Assembly: GCA_002189035.1 (NCBI GenBank)
Contig: NEEC01000015.1
Span: forward strand, 682,001-746,000
Direction of reading: 5' to 3'
Length of the DNA: 64,000 nucleotides
Source: Utricularia gibba
Taxonomy: Eukaryota > Plantae > Magnoliophyta
The notes beneath the pieces were generated by a model. The model ran no database searches, was not told the DNA's origin, and was given only the letters and a program-made list of their open reading frames with translations. The position numbers were made by a program, and so were the translations under genes. Shown here in pieces: positions 25,251-37,975 of this stretch (its first letter is position 1; each line of letters opens with the position of its first letter).

Positions 25251-25579
25251 ATGAATCGGAAATTCGGCGGCGGGAAGCAGCCGACGGGGACTCCGTCACT
25301 GGCATGGTCATGCGTTGTAGTAGTAGCGTCACTTCTAGGCGGCGCTTCGCTTGTGCACAACATCTACAAGCCCGATCTGGTAACGTGTTTTCCCCTTCCA
25401 AATGTTCGACGAAATGCCCAGCACACCCGAAAAATAACAATGCCTTCATACTGCAGACAATCCCCCAGCTGGAAAAATCAATGAACCGGCCGAGGAGCAA
25501 AATGAGAAACTATAGTTCCTGCGCTGCGATCGGGACTATAAGCATCGGATCGTGGTTCGCCGTGATCTGCGCAGACTAG
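25251..25579 (+). CDS. Small single-TM protein, DUF4516/BRAWNIN (UQCC6)-like; two exons (intron 25380-25456); C-terminal frame uncertain
   Basis: MNRKFGGGKQPTGTPSLAWSCVVVVASLLGGASLVHNIYKPDL|TIP; the GAxxVHxxYKPDLTIP motif resembles DUF4516 (recalled, not searched). Confidence 0.7.
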
Positions 25580-26451
25580 CAGCATGCCGATAATCTCTGA
25601 ACTGCTTCCTTGTTATGTATTTGCAGTTTGACCTCCCAGCGACCTCCTTTTTTTTAATAAAAAATTCAAAATATATAATATTAAAAATTATTAAAGTCGA
25701 TTGGTCTTCCTATTTTCATAAGTATATAAATCATAATATAAAATTAAGTTTATATCTAATCAAGAATTGATGAAGATAAGACTGACAGAATAAAAATAAA
25801 CGGGTTTGGAATAAAGGCTATGTGAAAAGACGAAAAGGTCCTCCTCCGTCAGCTACATGAAATCTTGAACTTTGTTGTTTGCCCATGGGAAGAGTTCTTT
25901 GAGTTCCTTCTGCAGATGTCGATTTGGGATGTTCGACGTTCAGGTGGCCGCTGCATTCATTTTTCTTTATTTTGATTTGCATTTATTCATGGGGATTGGA
26001 ACACCGCTAGTCTAATCATTCGCTTCGCTATCGCTGTTTTTTTCATACCTAGATCGGTTGACTTATCGTGTGAAAGAGAATCGGATCTCTGTCGTTTCTC
26101 ACCATTTTTTTGTTTTAAAAAAAGGGATTTCTTGGGGACGATATTTTTCGGTGAATCCGTTCCAGCGATACGTTTTAGCGGTGCTGTTGATGCTATTCTG
26201 TGGAAATGAGAAACCTTTAATTTGTGTTGGATGCTATTCAGGGCGTTTTTAGTGAAGAATTTGAATTTGGATATGGGTAGGAATGGGATTTTTGTGTGTG
26301 TGTGTGATTAAACTGTCTCTCGTTTGCTGATAATGAAAGATGTTTTATTTGAAATTTCGTGTTCATTGATTTCGTATTGGTTTCTATGTTCTAGATGTCT
26401 GGAGATAAGGGTATACGTGGTTGGTTCACAGAGTCCTGAAACTTGGAAAGT

Positions 26452-27537
26452 ATGCTTGTGCTGGCAGATGGACACCCTCCAGAAAGTAAATTGATGGAGG
26501 ATATGGCGGCGTGTGTTAGCTGGAATGACGTTTTGTGTCCTATATGCTTAGATGTTCCACACAACTGCGTTCTCCTCCAGTGCTCATCATACGAACGGGA
26601 TGCCGGCCTTTTATATGTGGTACGGACCATTTGCATTCCAATTGTTTGGAACGCCTTAAGGAAGCAAATGGCAAGTCCTCTGGCTCTCAGTCACCTAGCT
26701 CTGTTGAAAGTGCTCAATTTGCTGATCCCGCACCTGAAGGGTTGCTATTCTGTCCCTTGTGCCGTGGAGAAGTTACTGGGTGGGTGGTGATTGATAAAGC
26801 TCGATTGCATTTGGATGTCATGAATCGTAATTGTGAAGAGGATAACTGCCGGTTTTCAGGAAACTACTTTGAGCTTCAAAAGCATGCTCAGCTAGAACAT
26901 CCTCATGCTTGTCCGGCGAAAATTGATCCAGCTCGGAAACTGGATTGGGATAATTTTCAGCAGTCTTCAGAGATTATTGATGTTTTGGGGACCATTCACG
27001 CAGAAGTTCCCAATGGGGTTGTTCTTGGTGATTATGTGATTGATTATGGGGGTTACAACTCTGGAGATGATTTTGATTTTCGTGATCGAGTAGGAAAATG
27101 GTGGACCTCTTGCATATTTTGTAAGGCACTTGGGAATTTTAGGAAATCAAGGAACAGAAGAAGATCAAGGGTCAGAAATTCTGCAGCAAAGAACTATCAT
27201 TTTGGAGATCTCGAGTTCACTGAACATGGAAGGTGAGCCAGTGTTGAAGCACTCAACTGAAAATTCAAAATTGATCTAAGACTTATGCTGATCATTTATT
27301 TCCTACTCGAAATTAACTGAAGTTATTGTCTCACAGCATCCCACCGCGTCACTCTACTATGCTTCGTATTGATGAGGTAAGTATATTCCTCTGTCATATG
27401 CATTATTCTGTTACACCTGATTCTCTCTTCCACTAACGTGGATAAAAATACATTTTTTGTGAATCGGTGTGCTTGATCGATGTTGGTTTTTCCCATTGCA
27501 CCAGCTAACATTGTGTATTTGTTTAATCTAGGTATAG
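26452..27537 (+). CDS. DUF1644 family (RING/zinc-finger-like) protein; apparent -1 frameshift at 26597-26599; start uncertain; probable short terminal exons 27337-27376 and 27532-27537
   Basis: WNDVLCPICLDVPHNCVLLQCSSYE, GCRPFICGTDHLHSNCLER, CPLCRGEVTGW, EHPHACPAKIDPARKLDW, VVLGDYVI. Confidence 0.85.
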
Positions 27538-28223
27538 AATGCAACAATTTTCTGGTTGCTTTGCCTTCGGAATCCATCCCGAATAAATGATTGAGAAGCT
27601 CTCTCATATTTCTGTCATTGCTAGCTGGTTCTATGGTTACTGCTTTAGGATGTCATGGCCATTTGGGGCGGTCTGGTTCTTGTTAGAAGTTGAATATTTT
27701 GCTTGCTTTGTGAATATGCTGCCAAGGCCTTGTCTTTTGCAATCAGACTTCTTTTGAACCGATATGATAGTTTGTAAACGTCTTCATTTTCTGTCACTCC
27801 CATAAAGTTTTGATCCGATCAAAGGCTCTTTTTTTTTAGTTTATCTGTTTTTTAATATGGTTCCATGTTGTCTACTGCTAATAAAATCCGAAATGGACTG
27901 CCAACACATTAGCTCTGAACTGATATAATAGTCTTAGGCTGTTTTTAAGTGCTCTGGAGAATGCGAAATTCTAAGACGTGCATACCTTTTACAGTATCTG
28001 TTCACTGCTTATGGACAGTAAACTTCATTCGTTCCCAAAGAATACAACCAATGATGATAATACGGGGAGGTAGAAAGTCCTCTCTAAACGTTATTGGAGA
28101 TCACATCATTTTCTTCAAAGGGCATGATTGCTATCATGTACAAATCAGGGTATTTGGATATCCTCACACTCTATTCTATCACCCCTTTCTCCCAAAATCT
28201 TCAGTCCCATGTCCGAATCAGTA

Positions 28224-30246
28224 TCATGAACCACCTACACCCCCCTTGTGTTTCTCACCAGGTTGGTGCTGATTATCTACTGTAACCACCTTGTTCATCT
28301 TGAAGCTTCCCTGTTTCATGGGCTTGGGATGGAAAAGGGACATGAAGATTTTCTCTATTGATTGAGCTGTGTACTTGATATACTTGCCTTCACCTTGATC
28401 TTGCTCCACCAATGGACCGTAATTCTGCATGTAGCTACGGTAGATGGGTACTACTGTCTGAATCATGTCCTTGCAGATTCTATCCCTGAGGTCTTCCTCA
28501 GGTATAATCCAGATGGATTGCTTTTGATACATTTTGTCAAAAGCTTCATTGAAAGACTTCAAGCGCTGCTTCACCAGAGTGCGGGCGGTTTCGCGCCCGC
28601 CGGAGAACAGGATCAGTCCTTCCCGGCTTAGAAGTGCAGGCAGCTTCCCCAGCTCTCTCGCACGAATGCAGCAGCGTAATACTCCTTGAACTCTTCCTGC
28701 TCGCTTAACCATGAATCTCCAAGAATCATGCCGAGCTTCGTTCCTTTGAGATGCTTGAACAAATGCCAGTGATTGTTCATCAAGAACACGCAGGAAGTAA
28801 CAGCATCATGGTAGCCCTTGGCCCATGTTTCCAGATTCAACTCAATGGCTCTGACCAGGCTCACAATCTCTTTGATGAGACTTCTTTCATGGAACTTCAC
28901 TTGCTTCCAGCTTTTCTCAATTTCAAGAACTTGTACTAGAATTGGCTTATAGTCATCTCCCAGAAGCTTACTACAGTAATCTGTAATAAAACTCACTGCT
29001 CTTGGAACACTACAATCCGACGGTGGGGTGTCTTTCTCTGCAGCTCAACTTGAACCAGCAGTTCCCAGAAAATCTCGCAGGCCCCTTGGATCACCCCCTT
29101 GATCAGGTCCCTGGTTAGGTTTTTTATCTCTGCACACTCGGGACCGCCGAAGAGCCTGTTGAAATCCAACCTCAGTCTGTTCAATGATGCAAACATGTCC
29201 AGTAGATTCAGTAGCTTGATGGGAACCTTTTTACTTTCAGCCACTGTTTTCCCAAACTGCAGAAAAGAAACAATTCCTGAAGAGGCAGCTATTTTGGCAA
29301 AGCAACTCTTCCACACATCCAATCCCATCCTCTCAAACATATCACTACAAAGCTTATACTCCCTTTCAAACAAATGCTTAATAGAAAACTCCAAATGCCT
29401 GCCCCATTTCTCTACATAAATCTCCTTATCAGCTGCGGCATTGAACTCAGAAATCGACAATTCGAGATAGTGCAGATCAAGTGCCTGCAAACTCTCCCTC
29501 ACAGTTGAACTTCGGGTTTCGACATAAATGGAGATGCACTTGTCAACTCTCTTGCGCATATTCAGCCAACCTAAAGTTGCTTGCAACTTATGAATTATGG
29601 GTTCAGGCATTGGAGATGCAGAGATTGAAGGTTCTTCATTCATTGAATATGATGCAGAGGACATCAGATATGGAGCACTGTTCTCTTTTAGAAGGCGATG
29701 AAACTCATTCTCTAGTCTATCCAAGCCTGCATCAAAAAGACCTCCATCAAGACGACCCTTTTGATCACCTTTATCAAGCTCCTGCAAATCAATAAGTGCC
29801 TTCTTTAATCCAGAAGTAAAGCGTGTATCAGCCACCTTATGATCCTCCAAATACTCGACGATACCGGCTAGCCATTGGATTGCCATCACACAATTCTCTC
29901 CTAAGAACGCCAAAGCCTCCTCAAGACGTTTGAGTACACCGAGATAACCTGGAAGATCAGTTTGAGGATCAAAGAAGGATTTTTCCAGGACATGAATAGC
30001 ATCAAAAACCTTGAGAACTGCAGTTGCTGGTACAATAGCTCTGCTAATATGTTCTGCAACAGCACTGAGTGCGTCACGCTGGGCCCAAATCGGCCGAATC
30101 GCGACTTCAAGCGACGGCAATCGATGGTTAATCCCATCGAATCTGCACCCAACTCTATCCAAAGACGACCCAAGAGCTTTGGATTGCTCCAAACAAGCTT
30201 TCACTGCCTTCGTAGCAGACACCACGTGCTCAATGCCTGCATCCAT
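28224..30246 (-). CDS. EXO70G1: Exocyst subunit EXO70, clade G; two apparent -1 frameshifts (28647-28650 and 29025-29028)
   Basis: RLPSLEVAIRP, AVLKVFDAIH, KLLNLLDMFASLNRLRLDFNRLFGG, FLMNNHWH, FNEAFDKMYQKQS, YRSYMQNYGPLVEQ across three offset ORFs. Confidence 0.9.
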
Positions 30247-31019
30247 TGTTCCCCGCACAAACAAACAACTTTCCACTTGTTCCCCCTCAATATAAAAACC
30301 AAAACATTTCACAGAAATCAATCTGGGTTATCGCAAAAGAAATCAACTTCCATTCCTTTTCTGTTCTCTACCCTTCCACAAATGCGCTTCACCTATCAAA
30401 AAGCACACGTCTCGAGACAGGGGGGAAATCTTCCAGAAGTTTCAACTACCCGCAACTAAATTAAATCGGCAATTTACTCCGTGTATGGACATTTACAGCC
30501 TGCCTGGAGTATAACCACCGGCCCAAATAACAATCAGAGCAACCCAGTCAAAGAAAAGCAGGCCTTGTGTGGTTGCAAAGAAGATATCATTTCCGCTTCG
30601 CGAACCCTAAGTTTGCAGAACAAACACACTGAAAGAAAGCGCTCGGTGCACCAGTTCAATGTAGTTGCGGATGGTGTCGACATTCACTTGTCATTTTCTC
30701 TTCGCCAGAATCGCCAACCCCAAAGTCAAAAATCCGGTCGCCTGATAAAAATTGCACAATCTGCTGACGAAGATTTTCAGCAATGGCGGAATATCGTGGG
30801 GCCCATGGGGCTGCTACCTACCCACGACCCCACTTCCCCACGACACGTCTTGCACAACCGCTAAATTTAATCTTAAAATAATTTGATAAAATAAAAAAAG
30901 ATGTCCTCGGAAATATTATATTAGAAATAATATTAAATAATAGAAGATAAATATTTGATGATTATAAAAGTAATATCCAAAAGAGTCTTCGCAAAGGCAA
31001 GTGAACATAAGAAGATCTC

Positions 31020-32570
31020 TCACTTGCTGTGTTCTGCTGCCTCAGAAGTCACCTTCGGCAGCTTTGATCTCTTCTGCTTATACTTTGCAACTGAGTACCA
31101 AATCCCACCGGAAGTGTTGATTATCAGCCCTGTGACGTTTAATGCATGAACCTGAACTCCGCCGAGCACAAAAAAGCCGAGAACCTGTTCGTAAATGGAG
31201 GAGTCACTGGCAAGAAGAAGAAGAGCAAACAAACCAAATTGGGGGGGTCTGTGTTCAAGCTTCAGCAGGTCTTACTGTGGAGCCAACTCCCTTGAGTACC
31301 CCAACTATGGTTGTGGTTAACGCTGAGTTCACGATCGTGCATAGGAACATTGTGTAGTTCAGAACGATTCCCATCACCAGTGACAGAAGGAGAATCACGA
31401 TGAAGTAAAATGAGCCACTCTGGTGAAAGAAGAACCCATCGATCATCAATACACAGAGGATATGGTGGTTCTTGAAATGCTCAACTTACCTTTTCGTATA
31501 GCAATGACATGGATCCTGGGAATTCTCCAGTGGCTATGATGAGGAACATTAGGAATGGTAGAGACAGGATGCTGTTGTAGAACATGATTTCGACTGAAGA
31601 GAGCCCGTCTTCTGCGCCGGATTTCTCCACTAACAAGAGATACATCGACTGCAAACTGCTCTGTCAGTAGATCAATTGAGTTCAATATTATGGTAATCAG
31701 AAGCTCACTCGCCTGGAAGAAGACAGAGGTAAATGCCATGGTGTAGCCAACAAGATCAAAAGAGAAGTCTCCAAGTGCAGCTACCAGGCATCCAGCAGCA
31801 GTCAGTAGCACAGACAAAGTAACCTGAAGATATTGAGAACAAGGCACCATATTTTTGAGAAGCATCATTCAAATTTAAACAGTGGCAGCAAAGATAACCT
31901 GCACTGTGGGCTTCCGTTTTCCGGTAAAGAGACCAGCCATAAGAACAGCGAGCGGAGTGAGCCTCTTGATGGCTATGTACATAGGAATATTAACTCCCTT
32001 CAAACTTGCTAACGCAAAAGCCACATTTGCATTGTAGAATAAGGAGACTACCAAAAGTTTTTTGGCAGTATCTATGTTGAAGTCCCTAGATTTTGTGTAT
32101 CCCATAACTTTGGAAAAGCGTATAAGCAAAGTCGTCATCAATTGCTGGAAGCAACTCGAGGAATGTAAAGAAGAAATTCCAGTCAAAGAAGTAGACAGCA
32201 AAATATGAAGTACGAACTGTGTGATTTACCTGGAGGGTGAGCAGAGTCATTGAGTGAGAAAACTGCATCAACACAGCTTTATTGATGAAAACCATTGCCA
32301 TCGAGGTAACTCCATATGCCGAAGCGGCAAATATACTGCAGTAACACGCAGAATATTCAATAGCACATATTCGAAGGTCTGAAAGATGCAAATTACGCAA
32401 CGAAATATGCAGGACACGTAAAAGAAATAAACTTTTTGTCAGAACCGTCGAAGACGAACTTCCCATATAAGAGTTGCATACCCTTAGGATTGATATCCAT
32501 CCAAAGCACAAACTCCAGACTATTATATGAAGATGAAGCTCCAGATACAGCAGCCCTCTTCTCACTTCAT
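31020..32570 (-). CDS. UTR7: Nucleotide-sugar transporter, UDP-Gal/UDP-Glc transporter 7-like; multi-exon; first exon and start uncertain
   Basis: MAMVFINKAV, YNANVAFALASLKGVNIPMYIAIKRLTP, AALGDFSFDL, LNYTMFLCTIVNSALTTTIVGVLKGVGST, NTSGGIWYS. Confidence 0.85.
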
Positions 32571-33592
32571 CAGATCCAGATGTCCCAAGTAGATAAATCA
32601 GCAATCAAGCATCAACATCTTCTCTTGAGTCAACGCACTTCGAAAGAGGCTTATTAGTACAATCATGCATTATCCTTCGAAAATAACCAGAACAAAATCA
32701 CACCCTGAAATTCAAAACAGAAAACAAGAATGCGTTGGAAATCGCTTTAGATCAAAGATGACACACGGGCGAGTTCTTTATCATGGAACACAAACTTCTT
32801 GGAAATTTTCTTGATTGGGGGTACGCAGCCTATCAATAGAAAGCCTGCTTTCGTACAATTCTACATTAATTCGACGTGATTACGCCGCAGATTCCCTAAA
32901 CCGCAAGGCGCAGGTTGAATCTGTGCAACATTTTTAAAAAAAAGGAAAAGCTTTTTTAATTTAGTTAATTTTTTATAATTCCCAATTTATCTACAATTTT
33001 CATAAAAAATTCCAAAAAATTAAATTCTAGTTGATTTTGTCTTTCGAAAAAAAAAATTTTAAATTTTTTTTGATAATAAAATTGTTTATACACTATTTTT
33101 CTAAAAGCATAAATTATTTAATATAGATATTTAGTATTTCAATTATTAAATATCTTTCAAAAGATCTTTTTTTTCACAGAGATATTTGTATTCTAAAAAT
33201 AAACACTTTGGTTTGTTACCTCAAATTAGGCATATTTCAATTTAATATTAAAATAATTATTTTAAGTAATTCTCATTTCCATAGTTATGTAATATAATCA
33301 TGGCCGCATGATTATAATTATTTAAAATAATTGTTAAATAAAAAAGAAAGATTCATTACCAATAGAGAGAAGGCCATGCTCATTAAATGCCATAGCCTGC
33401 ACAAATAAACCCAACGATATAACCAGAATTTCCCTAACTGCTTCGGTCAACGTCATTAACAGATAATCAGATTTCGTCAACTTTCCAGTAATATTTCTAA
33501 TTACTGTAAATATTTGCATGTCATTTACTGTATATAAAGGCATTACGGCGCGATGAATTCCAGTAAATTCTTTTTTTTTTAGTTTTCATGCA

Positions 33593-34621
33593 ATGGCTTT
33601 TCCCACACTGCTTCTCCTTCCCCTCGTGCTCGCTTCTTCCATCCGTTCTCTTGCAGATAACTTCTACGATCACTGCAGACCTCTGTGGGGTTTTAATCAC
33701 ATCTCCGTTAATCCACAGGCCACTGAAGTTCAGCTGTTGATGGACCAGTCGTCTGGTAAACACAGAGAATAACCATTCAAGCCGTGATTTTTCTGCTTTT
33801 GTGAGAGTGTTTGACATGAAATGCAGGTGCTGGGTTTCGCTCGAAAGCAGAGTTTGGGTCTGGTGTGTTCCGCATAGACATGAAAATACCCGAAAAAAAG
33901 ACTGCGGGGCTCGTACCCAACTTCTACGTAATTGAATTACGATCATGTTTTCAATGCTCCATATGCGAATATCTTCTGTGATGGGTGAATCTTGTTTACA
34001 GCTTACTTCTGCGCCGGACTATCAAGACCCTGGGAACCATTTCGAGATAGACTTCGAGTTCTTGGGCACAACTGGTGTGCTCCAAACCAACGTATATGAT
34101 AACGATCAGGGTCACAGAGAGCAGTCCTTCAAGCTTCCATTCGATCCCTCTCAGGAGTTCCACACTTACGAGATCATGTGGAATCCGCACCTCATACTGT
34201 ACGTATTCGTCTTCTCTTTAGAGTTTCCTTCCCAGAACTCCATCTTCTACTTTGCATGCACAGGTTTCGAGTCGATGGAGTTGCGATAAGAGCGTTCCAT
34301 AACCTCGCGAACAGGGGAATACCCTACCCGAGGTTGAAGATGCACGTGGAAGCGAGTTTGTGGGCCGCATATTGGGCTGGCCCAGTAGATTGGTCCTTGG
34401 CCCCATTCACTTCACACTACTCGAACTTTCAGTTATGGGCCTGCGAGGCCCGAGGTGAAGATATCCAGGAGTGTGGGTCCCAAGGGTACCCCTGGAATCG
34501 ACAGAAGTCTCTCACCCAGAGAGAGAGACAACAAATTGCGGCGTACAGAAGGAGTTTCATAGTTTACGACTACTGTGGGGGTCCCACCACACGGAAGGCC
34601 GAATGCCACTTTAATTACTGA
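33593..34621 (+). CDS. XTH: Xyloglucan endotransglucosylase/hydrolase (GH16), divergent; 4 exons; tandem copy 1
   Basis: Signal peptide, LLMDQSSG|AGF, catalytic HFEIDFEFLG, LQTNV, FDPSQEFHTY, VDWSLAPF and Cys-containing C-terminal extension. Confidence 0.9.
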
Positions 34622-35009
34622 ATAGAATTTAATCGAATAATATGTATTAGTTAGTGGTTGATATTGATTATTCGTTTAATTTCGAATTTTTTTTATTCAT
34701 CGTTGACTTAAACGTGAAAAGCGAAAAAATATATATATTTTTACTAAATGAGAGTTATTCTATATTGGGTAATAAGATTTAAAAAATATTCTCTCCTTTT
34801 AATTTATGATGCAAATGGCGACAAGTGTTTAACAAGTACGGTCTTTATTGACCAATCAAATCCTTAGGGTTGGAACCCTTGTTATCAAGTGAAGTAAATG
34901 CCGTAATTTACCACTGTAAAATTGGGAGTTTTGGATGTAATAATGTGTTCGAAGTAAAGTTATTGCAATTTACGGCTATAAAAATGGGGCCCATGCGTCA
35001 TTTTTCACC

Positions 35010-36119
35010 ATGGCTTCCTCTGCCTTCTCCTCAGCCCTCTTAGTCTTGGCCTTTGCTCTTGCCTTGTCAACCCAACATGCCTTTGCTGACAATTTTTTCA
35101 CCTACTACAAGCCTCTGTGGGGGTTAAATCACATTACGATTAACCCAGCGGGCACCCAGGTGGATCTCTTGATGGATCGATCCTCAGGTTAGGACAGCTT
35201 TTCGTTAAAATACGTTCTTGGAACTGAACGGTTCAGTCTGTTGTATTGTTTGGTGAATGTTTTCATTGTCAAATGCTCTAACACGCTGAGAAATGAATGC
35301 AGGCGCCGGGTTTAGATCGGTTGCGGCTTTCGGGTCGGGTGTGTTTCGTGTGAGCATGAAGATCCCACAGCAGAAGACGGGAGGACTCGTGCCGAACTTC
35401 TATGTAATTCCATAGTTGATTTGAAACTGTGAATTGGTTTTTTGACGTCTGTGATTTGGATTGCCCTCCATTCCATGCATGCAGCTTATCTCGTCGCCTC
35501 CTGATCCCGATTATGGGAACCATTTTGAGCTTGACTTCGAATTCCTGGGCACCACCGGCGTACTGCAAACCAATGTCTACGACAACGATCAAGGCCATCG
35601 CGAACAGAAATTCAAACTTCCCTTCGATCCGTCTGCAGATTTCCACACCTACGAGATATCCTGGAACCCCTTTCTCATAGTGTACGTCCTTCACTCCCTC
35701 GATCCGTCTCATAGTTTGTAACATGAAGTCAGTAGAACTTCACGGTGTCTGCGTACTGGCAGGTTCCGGGTGGATGGAGTGCCGATTAGGGTTTTCAGGA
35801 ACAACGTGCATCGTGGGATTCCATTCCCATCGCATGCAATGTACGCGGAAGGAGCTTATGGGACGCGGACTGGGCTGGACAGGTCGACTGGTCCAAGGCC
35901 CCATTCGTGACCCACTATAAGGATTTCGTGGTAGAGGCCTGCAGGGCGCAGAGTAGCACCAACATACAAGAATGCGCCTCTTTGAGGCACCCTTGGAATA
36001 AGAAAACGGATCTCACCCCACAAGAGAAGGCACAGATGCAAGCTTACAGGCGTTTCATTACTTATGACTACTGCGCCAGTCCCAAAACCAGGAAGCCTGA
36101 GTGCAGTTTCAATAACTGA
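35010..36119 (+). CDS. XTH: XTH (GH16), divergent; 4 exons; tandem copy 2; apparent -1 frameshift near 35851
   Basis: HFELDFEFLG and the same exon layout as copy 1; adding one base restores SLWDADWAGQVDWSKAPF. Confidence 0.88.
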
Positions 36120-37573
36120 TCTGTTCTTTCAGTGCACAGTGCACTGCTGCTACTGATAAAATCTACAAATAAAAGATACCTCATTCTTGAAAACTAAAAG
36201 GTGAAGAGGGTTTACTTAGCATTAACTGTTTAACTATTTGCTTTGGATTGAAATAAGGAAATACAAGGAGAATGCAAAAAAAAGGAGAGAGAGATGAAGT
36301 AGTGGGGATGTGAATTATTGAAATTTGATACTAAAAAGGGAGGTGTCGGATGCCACTTTTGTTGGGTGGCGTGATGATGCCTCCCTCGATCAAGATGCAC
36401 GACACGCGAAAGTGTCCCCTCGACTCGCGCCGTATCCCCTCTTGCTTTTCAAATGAATTCTCGTGGAGAGTTTTACCCTTCCCCGACACACGCACTTCCT
36501 ATCTGACTGATGTCTGAAACCCAACCGCTGCTCATCCGAGACGAGCCCCGTTTACAGGCGTTACTTACTGCTGATCGTTTAGTGATCAGCAAGTCGAATC
36601 GAACTGTCGGCAGTGCCAACCCATTTCAGTAGTTTCAAAACTGCTAAATATCTGAGATATTTTCTACCCTTGGTTTACGATGCAAAAGTGGCGCCATGAA
36701 TGTGACAAAAACATAAGATATTAGAGAAATTATTGATGGGAAGTTTGCATGTGATTCTCAGCATTGAAAGTCGAGTGGTTGATCAGTTCATGAATTAGGA
36801 TTCTTACAAGGTGTTTAGGGCACCCTTTTGTTGTAATTCTTTATCAATAATGAAAAAGGTGCCGCCGGAAAGCTGTCCGAGTCGACGGCCACCGGCGACC
36901 AGTGGAAAACGTGGCGGATACAAACGGTGGGCAGAGATACTACTGGCCAAAGCTCTTTTTCGCATACAGACGTGAATAAGACGATGATGGTGATATTTTT
37001 ATTTGTAGTGTCCAATCCTGCTTTATTCAGGGTAGCCAAGATAATATTCATCCAAATTCCAACACCTTTTTTTAATATTATTATTTTAAATATCACATGA
37101 ATATTATAACTCCCAAGTGAAGTTGTTAATGGTGGGGCCATTGTTATCCTTTTTTGGAGATGACGTGTACTACACTGTGTATATGCCGGAGAATTAAATA
37201 AAATATTTTAATTTTTATTAAAATTCAAATAATTTAAGCCCATCTACTAACTCTACCCTAAATCAAAAGCATACCATATATCATGATTTTATTTGGTATA
37301 AAAATAAAATTTTTTCTATATTTTAATTTTTTGAAATATAAATTATTTGTATTTAATAAAAATTGATTAAAATGCAAAATTTTAGAATTTAAATTATAAA
37401 TTAATTAAAAATAAAAAATGCCAAATAATGAAGTGGGAGGTGGTGAGCAAAGCAATGAGTCGGTCTGCTTTCGAGGTCATCTATAAATGCGTCTGGGTCC
37501 TCACAAACAGCTTTTGAACAACTGAACATCGTGAAATTCATTTGACGCATCACTCGCCCACGGAACTGCGAAA

Positions 37574-37975
37574 ATGACGATGCCGGAACCCGCGACGGAG
37601 ACCTTCGCGCCGCCGTCGCTCGCCTTTCAGGCCTCCCCCTGGCACTCCCCGGTGCCTTATCTGTTTGGGGGCCTAGCCGCCATGCTTGGGCTGATAGCCT
37701 TCGCCCTCCTCATCCTCGCCTGCTCCTACTGGAAGCTATCCGGGCAACCTGACGACGTGGAAGTCGTCGAACACCAAGGCGGTGCCGAGGGGAAGGAGGT
37801 GTCGATGACGTCGATCAACGGCGACAGGGTGCTGGTGATCATGGCCGGAGAAGTGAAACCAACCTTTCTGGCGATGCCGACGTGGGTCGAGAGGGAAGAT
37901 GAGAATCATGTATCATTGGATCTCGGGGAAAACCGATCAGTACATGAAGAATCTGCCGGAGGAAGTTCTACCTGA
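37574..37975 (+). CDS. GDU: GLUTAMINE DUMPER family membrane protein; intronless
   Basis: WHSPVPYLFGGLAAMLGLIAFALLILACSYWK and the VIMAG motif (VIMAGEVKPTFLA). Confidence 0.93.
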   Translation: MTMPEPATETFAPPSLAFQASPWHSPVPYLFGGLAAMLGLIAFALLILACSYWKLSGQPDDVEVVEHQGGAEGKEVSMTSINGDRVLVIMAGEVKPTFLAMPTWVEREDENHVSLDLGENRSVHEESAGGSST

